NCBI GenBank assembly: GCA_002633005.1
Contig: NMRA01000467.1
Coordinates: 26,775 to 90,774, forward strand
DNA: 64,000 nt
Source: Phoronis australis
Taxonomy: Eukaryota; Animalia; Phoronida
Reading direction: 5' to 3'
The position numbers and the translations under genes are program-made. Shown one piece after another: positions 37,521-51,052 of this stretch (its first letter is position 1; every line of letters starts with the position of its first letter). The notes beneath the pieces are model-generated. The model saw nothing but the letters and a program-made list of their open reading frames with translations. It was not told where the DNA came from and did no database searches.

Positions 37521-40500
37521 GCGGCTGACGTCATCGAACGTGAATAGAATACTTACTCTGGAGTTCCGAATAATATTGTAGAGACAGCAATAATAGTATA
37601 GACTGGAAAATTTCAAGATTTTTAAAAATGCTAGAGACTCTAATAATAGGATAGGCCCAACATCTTTGCAACTAGAAAAGTTGAATAATAGTATAGAATG
37701 GAATAATGGTATAGGCGGCAAATTTGTGGAAATTTAAACATAGTATAGACTGGAATAATGATATTGATTACAAATTTAGGTAAAGTCTAATAATGATATT
37801 GAAGGGAATAATAATAATGATGCTAAACAGCAAATTCTAGGGAATATTGGTATAGATGGGAAATATGTGGAAAATTAAAAATAGTATAGACTGGAATAAT
37901 GGTTACAAATTTGTGTAAAATCTAGTAACGGAAGATCGAAATGATAGGAAGTGCAAAATCAAATAATAATATAGATGGGAATAATTATAGTGCAAAGAAG
38001 CAAATTCTGTCTGACTTACCACCGCTTTAAGTAATTGTTTCAAAGAAAAACTTGTAAACTGAACATTAGCATAGTTAAATTATTGCAGTGGTGTATCCAC
38101 ACATGCCATAACATAGTACAGTGAAGTGGAAAAACAGTGTCATTGCTAAAACAAAGACCATTCATTTATTCAATAACTTCAAATGGAAGTCTATATAGAC
38201 GTGTTTCAAACAGTACGCGGAATCATTTTACTCAAAAAAGAATGTGACATTCGTATTAGAGATGCCAAAGTTGACTTAGTACAAAACCTATAACAATGAG
38301 GTAAAGATTTCAGCAGCAATGTCCAGTCTTCCATGAAGCCGACAGTCTGAATAAGGACAATAAAGAGTCTTGGTAAAACAAGTCGCATTTTTATTATACA
38401 TTTTCCTGACAGTCGAGCCTTTGTTTTCTCTCAATCTCTTGTCTTGCACAATGTTCTTACTCAATACCCTCATAATGTTACTCAGAATTCGACGTCAAAA
38501 AGTCGGTACATCCAAAATTTTACACGGCCAAAAATTGAGATTTCTTGCAGAATTGCCCAACATTCGAGTCCACGACCGCGACTATGTCCACCATCTTGAG
38601 TATCTAATTAGGTATAAACAAACCGATTCACATGCGTTTTTCCATTTATTTGGACAGGAGAGCAAGTAGAAATCAATTTCAATAGGTACCGACTAGATTG
38701 TCGAACATTAGCAACTATGTTATTTTCAAGATTGTCACAAGTGCATTCTTCCTGTTCATAAAACAATCTATTCTCAAGTTTGGAGCGAATTGTAAAAATG
38801 CTGGCGATGGCAATGTTGTCGGCAACTTGTTGATTGAAAGGATCGGCACCGTTCATTAATTACACGGGTATTTACGCTTTGTGGACTGGTCGCGTTATCA
38901 CCGCGGTCCGTATCTATAGTTGGATTATTTGTCGTACCAGCATCTGAATCAATGTCTGTCTCTGGAACATCTCTCGGTTTGTAAAATAATCCTCGAATTC
39001 TTTAGGCCTTTGTGCTGCAGAGGACATGATTAAGTACTATGCAGAATGCGCATGTCAATAATGACGGAAACAGCAGATAACACTGGCTGTGGAAAATCTC
39101 GAAATTACTCCTCCCAGAAACACAAACTTTGGGGACAGACACAGTGAAGAGTTGTAACGGCTTGCCCATTTTTCACAGGGTGCAATCATAAATATTGGAT
39201 CACCCAAAGAAACTCGTCGAAAGCGTTTTTATTCATATGTATGGTTAGCTGCCGGTAACACCGATCTGTGTCACGGGGTGCGCGGAATATTGAAAAATGC
39301 ACTTTTTGAGCATTGAATTTCTCATTTCTGAAATTACTGATAGCCTATTTCTTTGAGCTACTGCCAACCAGACGTTAATATTGAGAAAGTGGTCATCATT
39401 TCAAGCTTTTTTAAATTTTGCCAACCCTTTCTTGATTTTGACCGATCCTGTCGAACCTGTCAAAAATAACATTCTGGCCGTCCCACAGAAGACCTCTGCG
39501 TAAACCCTTGCTTGGGAGTCCGATTATTTTACGCTTTGAAACATGCAGTTGTATATTTTAGCAAATAAACTCTTTCAATGTGTATGACATGTGACTTCCG
39601 TGTGTAACACGGAGTCGTATATAACTCTTCTAAATTACAAACTCTGAACTGAGTGTCTCGTGGTCTAGAGGTTTAGAGCGAATTCGATCGTCTTATGACC
39701 AAAGTACGATACCCGCTATCAACAGCAAAGTTTTTGTGTAACAAATTTGTATTGAATGAAACAAAAATTGTGAACTTGCTGAATCAAATAACCGTGGAGA
39801 GTGGAAAAAGGTTTGTAAATTAATAAACGTAGAGACCCGAATAAGCTTCATATAGATCGGAAAACGAGTTTGAAAAAAATAATCGTATAGATACGGCTAT
39901 TCGGAAGTCGAGAGTAAATGAGCACGTGCAATAATCTCATGTCCAACAAACAATATTGTACTGACATTTATATGCTATGAAATATGAGACCCATAATTTT
40001 AAGACATCTTTAATTCTGTAAAATTCATCTGCCGTTTTCTCTCACTTTTAAACCATTGATCTCCGGTTTGTATGCGATTAACATGTCATTGGGATCCTTC
40101 AACTTCGACACATTATACTTAATAATCATTGGTAACCTAAGCAGATGATATTTTCATGGTGGAAGCTTCTAAAGCATGAATAGATGTAGCAAGCAAGACC
40201 AGTGGTTTAAGAATTATTTTACAAATTTACTTTTCTATTTTGTTTCAATTTTTATTTGATTTTAAGTAAAATCATCATTTCAACAAAAAAACCTCTGTGT
40301 TTGTTAAAAGGTCACGAACTCCAACCCAGGTTTCTGACATAGAAAGTAGTTACAAAAGCCGAGGCGAGTCGAGGAAGGTATATCGATTCATTGCAATGTT
40401 TATCTTCAATATGTTGCATTAATAAATAATTTCACGTTCTCAGTCATTATCCCACTTATCTAAGGTGTCCTTTACTTTACAATAGTTGACACGTATCAGC

Positions 40501-43199
40501 TGACATGGAACGAGTTGTTTCAGTGCAAGTACGTGTGTAAACAGAACTGACACAAAGGAAATTGACACCATGGTGACAGCTTTTGCCACCTGTTGGTGAA
40601 GTAGAGCAATTTGTGCTTGATCATCTTGCTCCGTGTCAATTATATGTCTAAACGCGAATTTAGGGTAAGGCGGAAAGAATCATCCCTACTGCACTTATGC
40701 AATGACCTACATACGGGTTGTCTGTCTCTGCAACTCCCGCTATTTGAAAACCTGCGCATGTACGTTCCACTCTCCAGCCTACAACTTCTGTCTTGCTACA
40801 GTTAGTGAATTGTGTATGTCAAGGGCTGCTTGATACTGAGCAATTTGCTCTGTGTCAGTTGCACTGGACCAAACGTTGATGTCTAAACAGGATTTAGAGC
40901 CGTCATAGATTTTGGAGAATTATCACCCTTGGGCAATAATTCTCCAAAATTCACTCGGGCTCTAGATTATGGAGGGATAACGACTCCGCCATGTAATAAT
41001 CTATATAATTATTTGGTGTGAGGGCTGCTGATGAATTGCCAGTGGCTATAAAAATGCCAGTGCCTTGTTGCAGAAGAATCGTAAGACACTTTGTCACTGC
41101 TAGAGAGCCTACTGAGTAATAATCATGAACAAGGTTATTCATTAGTTGATTTGTGTGATCTGATATGATGTCTTTGGTTGTACCAGTTGAGGGTAAGTAG
41201 GGCCTACATGTTGGGACAACACAGGATGGTAATATGATGAGTTACAAATAAGCTGAGACCCAATTTTATGGCGGTAAGTGGTCTAAATCAAAAGTTCACT
41301 TCTTGAATGGAACGTGGGTTTATATTTTGTTCCGAGTCATAGACCTAATTCATGCCGACAGGAGGCGCGTTCCAAAACGAGGCTCGCTATGATAGCTTTG
41401 TTGGCTTATCGGCATACTGGTTGTTTCCTGCTTTGCTCAACGGCTAGAAAAAATACGGACTCTCAACTGTCTGTTTTACAATCCCTAAAGACGTTGAGAT
41501 TTGAAAGCGTTGGGTCGTTGCCATACGCCGTGACGAAGAAAAATATCAGTGTCCATGTAAAATTTATAAATGTTAAGTTTCAAAAAGTTAGATCATATTT
41601 TGTCGTATCTTGGTTGTGGAGCATCATAGCAACGACCTGAGAATCTTCGGCCAGCCAGGCTGTGTTTTCATGACTACAGGTTGAAACATAATGCATTTTT
41701 GTTTCCAAAAAGGACAGGGCCCCAATCCCTCGATTTTGGGGCCAAATATCGGCCCTATTCCCCTCTCAAAGATATTGAAAAATCCCCGAAATACCCTCCA
41801 GGAGGCCAAAAAATTTGCCTAGCGATTGAAGTTCTCTCCGAAATTCATATCACATGTAACCACACATACAAGTGACAATTTGACAGCACAAAATGCTACT
41901 TCAAGTTGAGACAGAGCCAGTGAGAGCTTGCAACAGGGCGTTGGTGCTACTGATATAATCAGAAGGTAGATTTTCCCCTCACTCAATCCTCAGCGAAAAA
42001 TTCCCCTCTTAGGAGACACAGGCACCTTTCCCCTCAGATGAACAAGGCCCCTGAAAAAACATGATAACTATGCTTTGTGCAGTTAACTGAAACTGAGATC
42101 TAAAAAGAGGTCATACTTTGGACGAACGAATTAGGTGATTTAATTTTAAAATTCAACTTGGTCCAGATTGATATTTGAGACCTAACACATAAAATAGATG
42201 TAATAATTATTAAAACCAAGAAATCAGAATTGATGGTCAAATAATTATCAATGTGTGCAAGCTGGGAGTAACTGTTCGTAGGTGGAAGGGAGTGAATGAG
42301 AACCTGGATATAATGTGAAAGTGATTTCTGGGGCTCTGCTTCTTTTTATTTTTCTTTTAATTTAAAAAATGGTCAAGTAAATTTTTACTTTTAATTACAA
42401 GCCTGGTTTTTTATTTTAATAAAAATATATTTAATAACAGATATTCTTTCAGATGAATGACTAATCAACTGTTAGTCCCGGTAGTCTCTACCTCACCAGG
42501 ACCTAGGCTATGCTTGATGTTAATATTCTTGATCAACAAATTAAACCAGATGTGACTAATTGCACATGACAGCAAAATGCCATGAACCACCCCTTTCGAA
42601 TGTATCTTCAACTCGTTAACAATACAAGCAGATGACATGGTTCATGTAGAAAGCATATTTATTAACAGTTTACAAAAAGAAATGTAACCCTGCATTCAGC
42701 ATTATACCTAATCCGTAACATGACGATCGCCGCAGTTTGGTCTTATTTACTTTTCATGTTTCGAACATCGTTTTCCGAAACAAAAACTCATGCCCTTTGG
42801 TCGGACACCTCTTTGGTGCAATGACTTGTTCTCCAATGTATTTTGCTACATCTCTGTGGTTAATTATCAACACATTTTTAAGGTTTAATATCCAGGTTGG
42901 ACTGGAAAGACCGGCCATTTAACTCACACAATGTCAACTTCTGCTTTGTTTATCGCAGTGAGCCTCGCTTTGCATTTTAATGTCCGCCGCGTGAATTAGG
43001 TCTAATGCATGGCATTAAATGTACTGGCTGGCCAATCAAGTGCTTAGAGATGTTTTTGGCTGCAATAAAAAGGAAAATTATCAATTAAATTATGATTTTT
43101 AAGTTAAGCGTTTTAAGAAAACCGTAGGCTTTTGTAAAAGCTGTGATATTAGTTTATTGGGCAGAATAGATGTAAAAACTTTTACCTTATTTAAGATTA

Positions 43200-44620
43200 T
43201 TTATGTCATCAATAATTTGGGTATGGATACTGTTCTTAGAGAAGAGATCAATTCTCTGGAAAAATAAGACTCTTAGGGTGAGGAGAGTAAATACCAGTGC
43301 AAATTGTGGCTTTGACGGTACCATATAGTTGACTATAACTCATTGTTGGTTAGCTGTATTCAGCATTATGTACCATATAGTTGACTATAACTAATTGTTG
43401 GTTAGCTGTATTCAGCATTATGTACCATATAGTTGACTATAACTCATTGTTAGTTAGCTGTATTCAGCATTATGTACCATATAGTTGACTATAACTCATT
43501 GTTGGTTAGCTGTATTCAGCATTGTGTACCATATAGTTGACTATAGCTCATTGTTAGTTAGCTGTATTCAGCATTATGTACCATATAGTTGACTATAACT
43601 CAATGTTGGTTAGCTGTATTCAGCATTGTGTACCATATACTTGACTATAACTCATTGTTGGTTAGCTGTATTCAGCATTATGTAGACGAAGAGAACAAAT
43701 ACTGGAAAGCCTTAGTTTCCAAATTAGCTTTTTAGGAGGTATGGGTGTGCATTACTTTTTAAATCGAATTTTTCGGCCAAGTTGTTGCCTTTGAATGATA
43801 CCGCCCACTTGTATTGTGACTTGTTGAATGCATGGGTAAATTTTAAAATTGTCTTACACAGCGACTTTGATATTATTAGCCATGTAGTATGGAACAATAG
43901 AAATATTTTGAATGATTGCAAATCTGTGTTTTTCCATGGGTCCTACAAAGGTGGTGTAGTTTATGTAAAATATGTATCAGATAAACAATTTTTTTGTTGG
44001 GAAGTTATCAAAGATGCAAATTACGGAGGTGGTTATATTGCTATGCTTTGATGAAGGCATTTAAATTAAGTTACTTAATAGAACGAACTCTTCTAAGACA
44101 AATTCAATGGACAACTTTCATTACAGCCAGATTTGTGCATAATCAACTAAAAATTATTTTTATATAAAATGATTTCACAACCTGTTGTAGGTCACAGATT
44201 AAGTAATATTTATTGAAAGCAACAAATTGGAAAGATTTATGCATTGCCATTCAGACTTGTACTCCTTCCAAAGTTAAAACTTTTAAATATTATTATGTGC
44301 AAAAAGTTGAGATGATAGTTGTTTGTCTTGTAATGCTATTGAAACTTTTGATCATTTGTTTTGTGTTTGTTCACTTGTACAGGTGCTGTGGTCCAAAGTT
44401 CAAGCTTTGTTAAGTAGTGTAACTGAACAAAGCATAGATTTATTAAAGTCTAACTTTTCAAACAACTGTATTTTGGACCTAATTTGGAAGAGCTTAATAA
44501 CTATACAAACTATGCCAGTACTTTATATTTCAGTCATCTTTGCAAGCCTACTATATTCCTTGTATTATTATATCAAAATTTGACAAAAGCTGATTAGCAG
44601 TTACAAAAAGACCTTGAATT
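43200..44620 (+). mobile_element. Decayed L1/Tx1-like LINE 3' fragment
   Basis: Broken frames give VVWNNRNIL and CLSCNAIETFDHLFCVCSLVQVLW (zf-RVT-like). Confidence 0.65.
43318..43683. repeat. 52-bp minisatellite, 7 copies
   Basis: Unit GTACCATATAGTTGACTATAACTCATTGTTGGTTAGCTGTATTCAGCATTAT, head-to-tail. Confidence 0.95.
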
Positions 44621-44940
44621 TCACCTTTTGGGAGGCCTTCTGTAAGTACTTGCATGTATATTTACTTGCACATCTATAATTTGGAAACTAAAAGTAACTT
44701 GTTCATTAAGAAGGCGTGTGTGTGTGAATGTTATACCTTTTATATTGCCAGATAGTTATCATTTGCTGTTGCTTTCTTTCTTTTGGGAAATAATAAAAAA
44801 AACATGTTTATACTTATATTTTCATCTATTATTCTTTGTTTTGTAAATTCTCTTTAACAAGCATGGCTGTAAAGCTATCGTAAAAGGTTATCTGTCAGTG
44901 AGACATCACAGACCTACGTATGATTTTCAATCTGTTTCAG

Positions 44941-45145
44941 TCAGTTGCCTTGGAAACCCTTTGGAAAGACAAAGCCTGTGTGATCACATTCCTGCGTCGA
45001 TTTGGATGACCCTTTTGTCGTCTTGCTGCTAAGGAACTTAGTACTCTGAGACCTCAGCTTGATGCTGCAAACGTACGATTTGTCGGCGTTGGCTTGGAGG
45101 AAGTAGGAGTGGAAGAATTTGTGGAGAAGAAATTTTTTGATGGAG
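44941..45145 (+). CDS. PRXL2B: PRXL2B coding exon 2 with in-frame TGA (selenocysteine) at 45007-45009
   Basis: 205 bp, ttcag|...|gt; SVALETLWKDKACVITFLRRFG-U-PFCRLAAKELSTLRPQLDAANVRFVGVGLEEVGVEEFVEKKFFDG; the TGA aligns with the first Cys of the family's RRFGCxxC motif. Confidence 0.93.
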
Positions 45146-45292
45146 GTTTGTGTAATATGTAACCATGTGTTAATTTGTAGTGAGTGCTAATCTGATAACT
45201 TTTTCTCCTATCCTACCCCTACCCTCACAGCAACCTATCAAATACGCAACACTTCAGCTATGGTGAGCGCCACGCATCATGGCATGCTTTAA

Positions 45293-46639
45293 AAGGGGAC
45301 TGTAGTCAAAATAATGTTGCAGTTAATCGGTTCTAACATACAAATAAAACTCACATTTGCCTGACTTGCGTGCCAAACAAAAGCCAATTCGTATTCATGG
45401 TCAAAACACTGAATTCTGAAAGCCATCGCTGATTGGCTGATGTGTCAGTGACGTGAACGGCGGGGTATCGGCTGCTTTGCACATTCATTGCTTATGTCAT
45501 ATTTGAAGAGTTTACATCGTAATTTATTATTGTATCAATCGTCCTTATTTTTTNNNNNNNNNNNNNNNNNNNNNNNNNNNNNNNNNNNNNNNNNNNNNNN
45601 NNNNNNNNNNNNNNNNNNNNNNNNNNNNNNNNNNNNNNNNNNNNNNNNNNNNNNNNNNNNNNNNNNNNNNNNNNNNNNNNNNNNNNNNNNNNNNNNNNNN
45701 NNNNNNNNNNNNNNNNNNNNNNNNNNNNNNNNNNNNNNNNNNNNNNNNNNNNNNNNNNNNNNNNNNNNNNNNNNNNNNNNNNNNNNNNNNNNNNNNNNNN
45801 NNNNNNNNNNNNNNNNNNNNNNNNNNNNNNNNNNNNNNNNNNNNNNNNNNNNNNNNNNNNNNNNNNNNNNNNNNNNNNNNNNNNNNNNNNNNNNNNNNNN
45901 NNNNNNNNNNNNNNNNNNNNNNNNNNNNNNNNNNNNNNNNNNNNNNNNNNNNNNNNNNNNNNNNNNNNNNNNNNNNNNNNNNNNNNNNNNNNNNNNNNNN
46001 NNNNNNNNNNNNNNNNNNNNNNNNNNNNNNNNNNNNNNNNNNNNNNNNNNNNNNNNNNNNNNNNNNNNNNNNNNNNNNNNNNNNNNNNNNNNNNNNNNNN
46101 NNNNNNNNNNNNNNNNNNNNNNNNNNNNNNNNNNNNNNNNNNNNNNNNNNNNNNNNNNNNNNNNNNNNNNNNNNNNNNNNNNNNNNNNNNNNNNNNNNNN
46201 NNNNNNNNNNNNNNNNNNNNNNNNNNNNNNNNNNNNNNNNNNNNNNNNNCTGGCTGACTGGATGGCTAGAGTCCACATTGCCCTCGGCACAGTCACTGAC
46301 ACCAGTTACACCGGCAAATTTTCGTCTGACGATGACGATGACTAGGTATCACTTTGTGTTGCCTCGGCTCAAACAGGTATCCCTTGTGACCCGAAATTTC
46401 ACACTAAAATTTCTTATTCCGACAATACAAAAAACGCTACTTGATTGCACGCTAACACAGGACAGTGACTTTGCCCCCGCCAAATACGTCACGAGACTAA
46501 GCAGCGCTCCAAGCCGGTAATTTTTTGAGCTTCGTTAGAGAACATAAGTTTAATTTTTGGTATTGAATTATTTGTGAAATTAATCAACAATTCATAGAAA
46601 ACTATCCAGAATTTATTCAGAATAAAATACAGTTCCCTT
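45293..46639. mobile_element. Kolobok-type element spanning an assembly gap
   Basis: TTAA|AAGGGGACTGTA ... TACAGTTCCCTT|TTAA. Confidence 0.65.
45554..46249. other. Assembly gap (N run)
   Basis: Run of n inside PRXL2B intron 2; the protein alignment is continuous across it, so no coding exon appears to be hidden. Confidence 1.
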
Positions 46640-46827
46640 TTAAGTCATCACAGGTTTGAAAGCTCATGTCTTGTTTATTTCATTCATCGCCACAAATAAA
46701 GGGTTTCATCTTTAAACGACATTCTTGAAAAACTTGTGGCAAAAGTTGATAAGTTGTTAATTTTGCTTCTCACTTTCAAGCATACGTGGCTGCATAATTT
46801 GATTCACCACTGACCTGCTTTTTTCAG

Positions 46828-46879
46828 AATTGTACATAGACGAAAAGAAAACATGCTATCAACAATTAGGTTATAAAAG
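46828..46879 (+). CDS. PRXL2B: PRXL2B coding exon 3
   Basis: 52 bp; (E)LYIDEKKTCYQQLGYK(R)|gtaagt matches the ELYLDE.K..Y..LGFKR pattern. Confidence 0.93.
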
Positions 46880-47320
46880 GTAAGTTTTCCTCTTGAATAG
46901 CATTTTTTGCCTGAGAATCACGTGGGGTATGTAAGGTTTGCGATTAGGCTTCTATCGTAGTTATAGTTTCCTGGGCAATAGTCACATTGTCCCAGATTTT
47001 GAGAACCAGTTAGATGCCTGTTATTCAGCGGAAGAAACAGGTTCTCTAAACGCTCGACTCCTGTGACTGTCACTTTCTGAGACTATAATCAGAGTGGATT
47101 AAGAGTGAGATGTCTCTCCAAACTCAGTCTGTGTTAAAATATGACCTGTTTAATACAGTAAACTGCAGCTACTCAACAAAATTTGGTTTATTTCATCTGA
47201 TGCTGAAAAAGTGAGGTATTTTAATGTTAACTAAGATTTTTCTGAACAATCAAATGACAATCACAAGGTTCCTTTACTGAACTGTAATTTTTCAATTGTT
47301 CCTCACCTGTTTTACTTCAG

Positions 47321-47384
47321 ATTAGGATTTTTTGGAACAATTGGAGCGATTTTTGGCAAGAAGTCAAGAGAAGCAAATACAAAG
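47321..47384 (+). CDS. PRXL2B: PRXL2B coding exon 4
   Basis: 64 bp; (R)LGFFGTIGAIFGKKSREANTK|gtgagg; phases consistent. Confidence 0.88.
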
Positions 47385-47460
47385 GTGAGGTTCTAGAACG
47401 TTCTGTTTTTTGGCTAATTTTAAAGCAGTGGAAGAACTATTTTAATTGCAAGGTGTTTTA

Positions 47461-47617
47461 TTGATATTTTATGAAGTGTACTAGTTGTTACATATTATAT
47501 TGATATTTTATGAAGTGTACTAGTTGTTACATATTATATTGATATTTTATGAAGTGTACTAGTTGTTACATATTATATTGATATTTTATGAAGTGTACTA
47601 GTTGTTGCATATTATAT
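47461..47617. repeat. 39-bp minisatellite, 4 copies
   Basis: Unit TTGATATTTTATGAAGTGTACTAGTTGTTACATATTATA. Confidence 0.93.
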
Positions 47618-50002
47618 TCAAATTGGGAAAATTTGTTGATGGACTCTTGCTTACTACCCTCATGCTTCCAAAATAATATGAATCCAGGGTCGAGGCTCTG
47701 CAAACAGAACTCTGCAGGCCATAACTGTGAATTCAATGACAGAGCTATGTACTAGAAACCAAGCAAGGCCAGCGATCAGAAACTGCGCCCAAAGCTTCCG
47801 TGTCTCACACCCATGCTATAGTTTGGTTTCTGTGTTGTTTTTTAACCCTGACAGCCTTCCTTATTCATTACTCTAACTTAGTATCACCCCTTGTTAACTG
47901 AAATGTCTTCATTGAATGAAGTGTTTTCATTTAGCCATCAGACATTTTGAAAGGTTAAAAGCTGGTTCAATCCCACATTCCATCAATACTTTTGACAAGT
48001 TAGACCATTTACCACAATTCGTTCCTTATTCAGATGGTTTCTGTACTTGATAAGAAGTGACAGTTGACTATTGCCTGAGATCATGCTCAGCACATGAAAT
48101 GACCAGCTATGACTAGTGATCATTTTATAAATATGTGATTACGTGTCAATTGATCTACTAGGTGTCAAATCTATGCACCTATCGGCCATTTTTGTCAATT
48201 ATTTTCCTTTTTCGAATCAATTTTTGATGGGTGGCATTTTAATGCATGTGAGTATGTCTGTTTCAGTACTTAACGCAATTACTGAGTGGTTGAAACAGCT
48301 AACTCCATTTCAACAAATAAATCCACAGTTTGACAGTGTTTTCATATGTTAGACCCCATGTCACTAACATTGTTATTTTAATCAAATGTTCTGCACTCTT
48401 ACTGTTTTAGTATCTGAATGCAATGCGTATTATTCAAGACAAAATCAGGGGTAATTTTGACAAATTTAGTGCACCCTATTGGCACCACTTAAATTTATCT
48501 GCCAATGACATAAGGTTCTAAAATTATTCGAGCATGACAAGCCAACATGCAGACATAGCTTCAAGCACTATTGAACTTCCAGTTCTATCCAAGCCCATGT
48601 GTCAACTCTGGCTGGAGTAAGGTGGATTTATAACAGTTCCTGCTTTAACAAATAACTAGGCTCGCGCTAGACACTCCGCCAGCTCACCATTGGCGTATTC
48701 TGAGCTGCACTGACGATGGTAGAGCTATGTCCATTCGCCAACTTGGCGAATGCTTTCGCAACTTGACAATAAAAATTTATTTCTGGAAATCCACTGGGCG
48801 TCGACTTACAGTCAGCTCAAATCAAGTCACACCACAAAGGACATTCTTACTTCTATTTGGAGCCCTAAAAACACCAAGCGAATGTCCCATTTTATGTCTG
48901 TCACTCTCTCTAAAATCACTCTTTTACCACAACGAAATGTTCAACTGTGTAGGGGGGGGGGCTCTGTGCTCTTGGTAATGGCGATGTCTTGCTTCATAGC
49001 TAGATCTCATGCAGGTGCTGCTGCCTGTCATCTGCAAGTGACAATTATAGCAAAACGACGAATAGAAGATTATTTTGATGGCAAACGCGACCCAGTCTCT
49101 CAATAACTTTTTACACTGACAACATGGTGTGAGCCAGTCCAACAGTATTGAATTACTGAACTGAGTGGAGCTGACCCAAACGTGTGATATGAACTCAAAG
49201 TTTAAATTTATTATTTTCATATTAAATGAATTTCTCCTAATTCATTACTAACATTACCTATTTTTAGCGCATAATTTGTCGTGTCAAATTTTGTTTAGAC
49301 TTGACACTGACAGGTTTTCTTTTCAAGGAGTAAAAAGCACGGACGACGCCTGGAAGAAGGAGTTTGTTATATATTTTTAAATCAAAATATGTCAGCTCGT
49401 TAAATGTCACTAATATAAAAAGTTATTGAGAGACTAGGACGTGTTTGCATTTTGGCTGCGGCTGAAAGAAAGTAAATGTCATTTTGTTACTTAATGAGTT
49501 CTATGTTCAATACTTTGCACGATTTAGCTTTATTTTGCAAGTCACAAGAAGTTATAATAACGTTTTTGAACCTTAATATCTTGCTCATCAAAATGTGCTC
49601 GTGACTGGCAAAGCCTGTTGTAACCCGGGATTAGGGGGGGAATTCCTGCCAAAAAATTTTTAGCTTTTGCAGGTCTTGATAAAACCCATGATGGCTGACA
49701 TCCCTTCCAACTTGTTATATGACCTTGGAATGTTGATCATTTGTTTTTTTTTTCTCAAGACAAACATTTTTTATACTATGTTCATGAAAAGGACCTGTGC
49801 ATTAGATGAAAAATAAAAAGTTCGGTCTGTGTAGCAGTATTTTTATCCATTGCAGGGGTTGGGAAAAGAGAAAGTATTTGGCTAATAGTTTATGAAAATG
49901 GCTAAAAGTTTTCAGATGCGTTAGCCATTTTGGCTAATACCTTTAAAAGTTTCGTGAGTCTAGAATAATGTGTGATGGTTGCTTCCAACCATTTTATGGC
50001 AG

Positions 50003-50078
50003 GCAAAAGCTGAACAGTTGGGTGGAGACATGAAAGGAGATGGGTTTCAAAATGGCGGGACTCTTATTGTGTCTGCTG
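50003..50078 (+). CDS. PRXL2B: PRXL2B coding exon 5
   Basis: 76 bp; AKAEQLGGDMKGDGFQNGGTLIVSA(G)|gtgagt contains the family GD..Q.GG motif. Confidence 0.93.
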
Positions 50079-50903
50079 GTGAGTATAAGAAAATCTGTTG
50101 TGTGATGCATATCTAATGAAATCTTATACAGCATCAATCTGATTTTGAGTGTTCAACAAATGTTAGGTAGGAATTGTTGAGGTCTTGATTGATAGAGTTC
50201 TGGGGCCCATTATAACAAAAGTTGCCTGCTCATTCTTGGCTAAACCATAGTAACTTTCATGTTGTTTATGAAGGTGATCAGAACAACATTTTGCTCTGAT
50301 AGGAAATACAATCATGTATTTGCAATGATATAGGTACAACCACATGAACGACAAATGAACACATGATCTTTGATAAATACAGAACCCTGTGTTCACAACA
50401 AATATAGCACTACTTGCAGATGTGTTGTTTTGTTTGACACCTAATGTCGGATTGCACAGTTTTTGCCTGTTATAAATATTTGGTAATGAGATTAAAGCAT
50501 TACTGCGATCAAATAGTGTTGTTGTCAGACTTTTAGTTAGCTAATAATTATCTGTAATTGCAGCACCTCCTGCTTAGTTTTGTTCAGGTATGCAACATTT
50601 TTAATCTTGATCATATTTTAGCCATTTCTTAACCTGGATTCTTGTTGTTCAGATATTTATCTGCACTTTCTTGCATCCAAACTGTCAAAGTTCAATGTTT
50701 TCCTGTTTATTTTGAAAACTACAGTAATTGCAATCATATTGGCGATCTGCAGTGACTTGGCAGAGTTGTGTATTCTTACATTGCTTTGCACTTAGAACTC
50801 AGTCTGTATAAAGTGATATTAAGCAAAACATCTTTTGTGCGATCTAAAAATTTAAATTTTTGTCATATTGTTAGTCCTTGCTAAGAGTCAATATGGTTTT
50901 CAG

Positions 50904-51052
50904 GTGGAAAGGAAGTATTGTTGGAGTATGTACAAGAAAACGCTGCTGACCATGTTGAACTCAGCGCAGTCATAAAGGCACTGGGGTTGGTGGAGACTAC
51001 TCCTAAAACTGAACCTGAAGAGGGAGCTACTGGAGTGTGTTCTGATGACTAG
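50904..51052 (+). CDS. PRXL2B: PRXL2B coding exon 6 (to TAG stop)
   Basis: 149 bp; (G)GKEVLLEYVQENAADHVELSAVIKALGLVETTPKTEPEEGATGVCSDD*; total CDS 603 bp = 200 aa plus stop. Confidence 0.92.

Noticed and set aside
38200-39030. Cluster of short minus-strand ORFs resembling a decayed gene
   Set aside because: Multiple stops and no motif I can recognise; a tBLASTx search is needed before any call.
45007-45009. TGA read as a nonsense mutation (PRXL2B pseudogene)
   Set aside because: It falls exactly on the catalytic Cys position, all splice sites and frames are intact, and a canonical SECIS lies downstream.
45488-46345. 243-285 aa ORFs across the second N-gap
   Set aside because: Artefacts of the N run.
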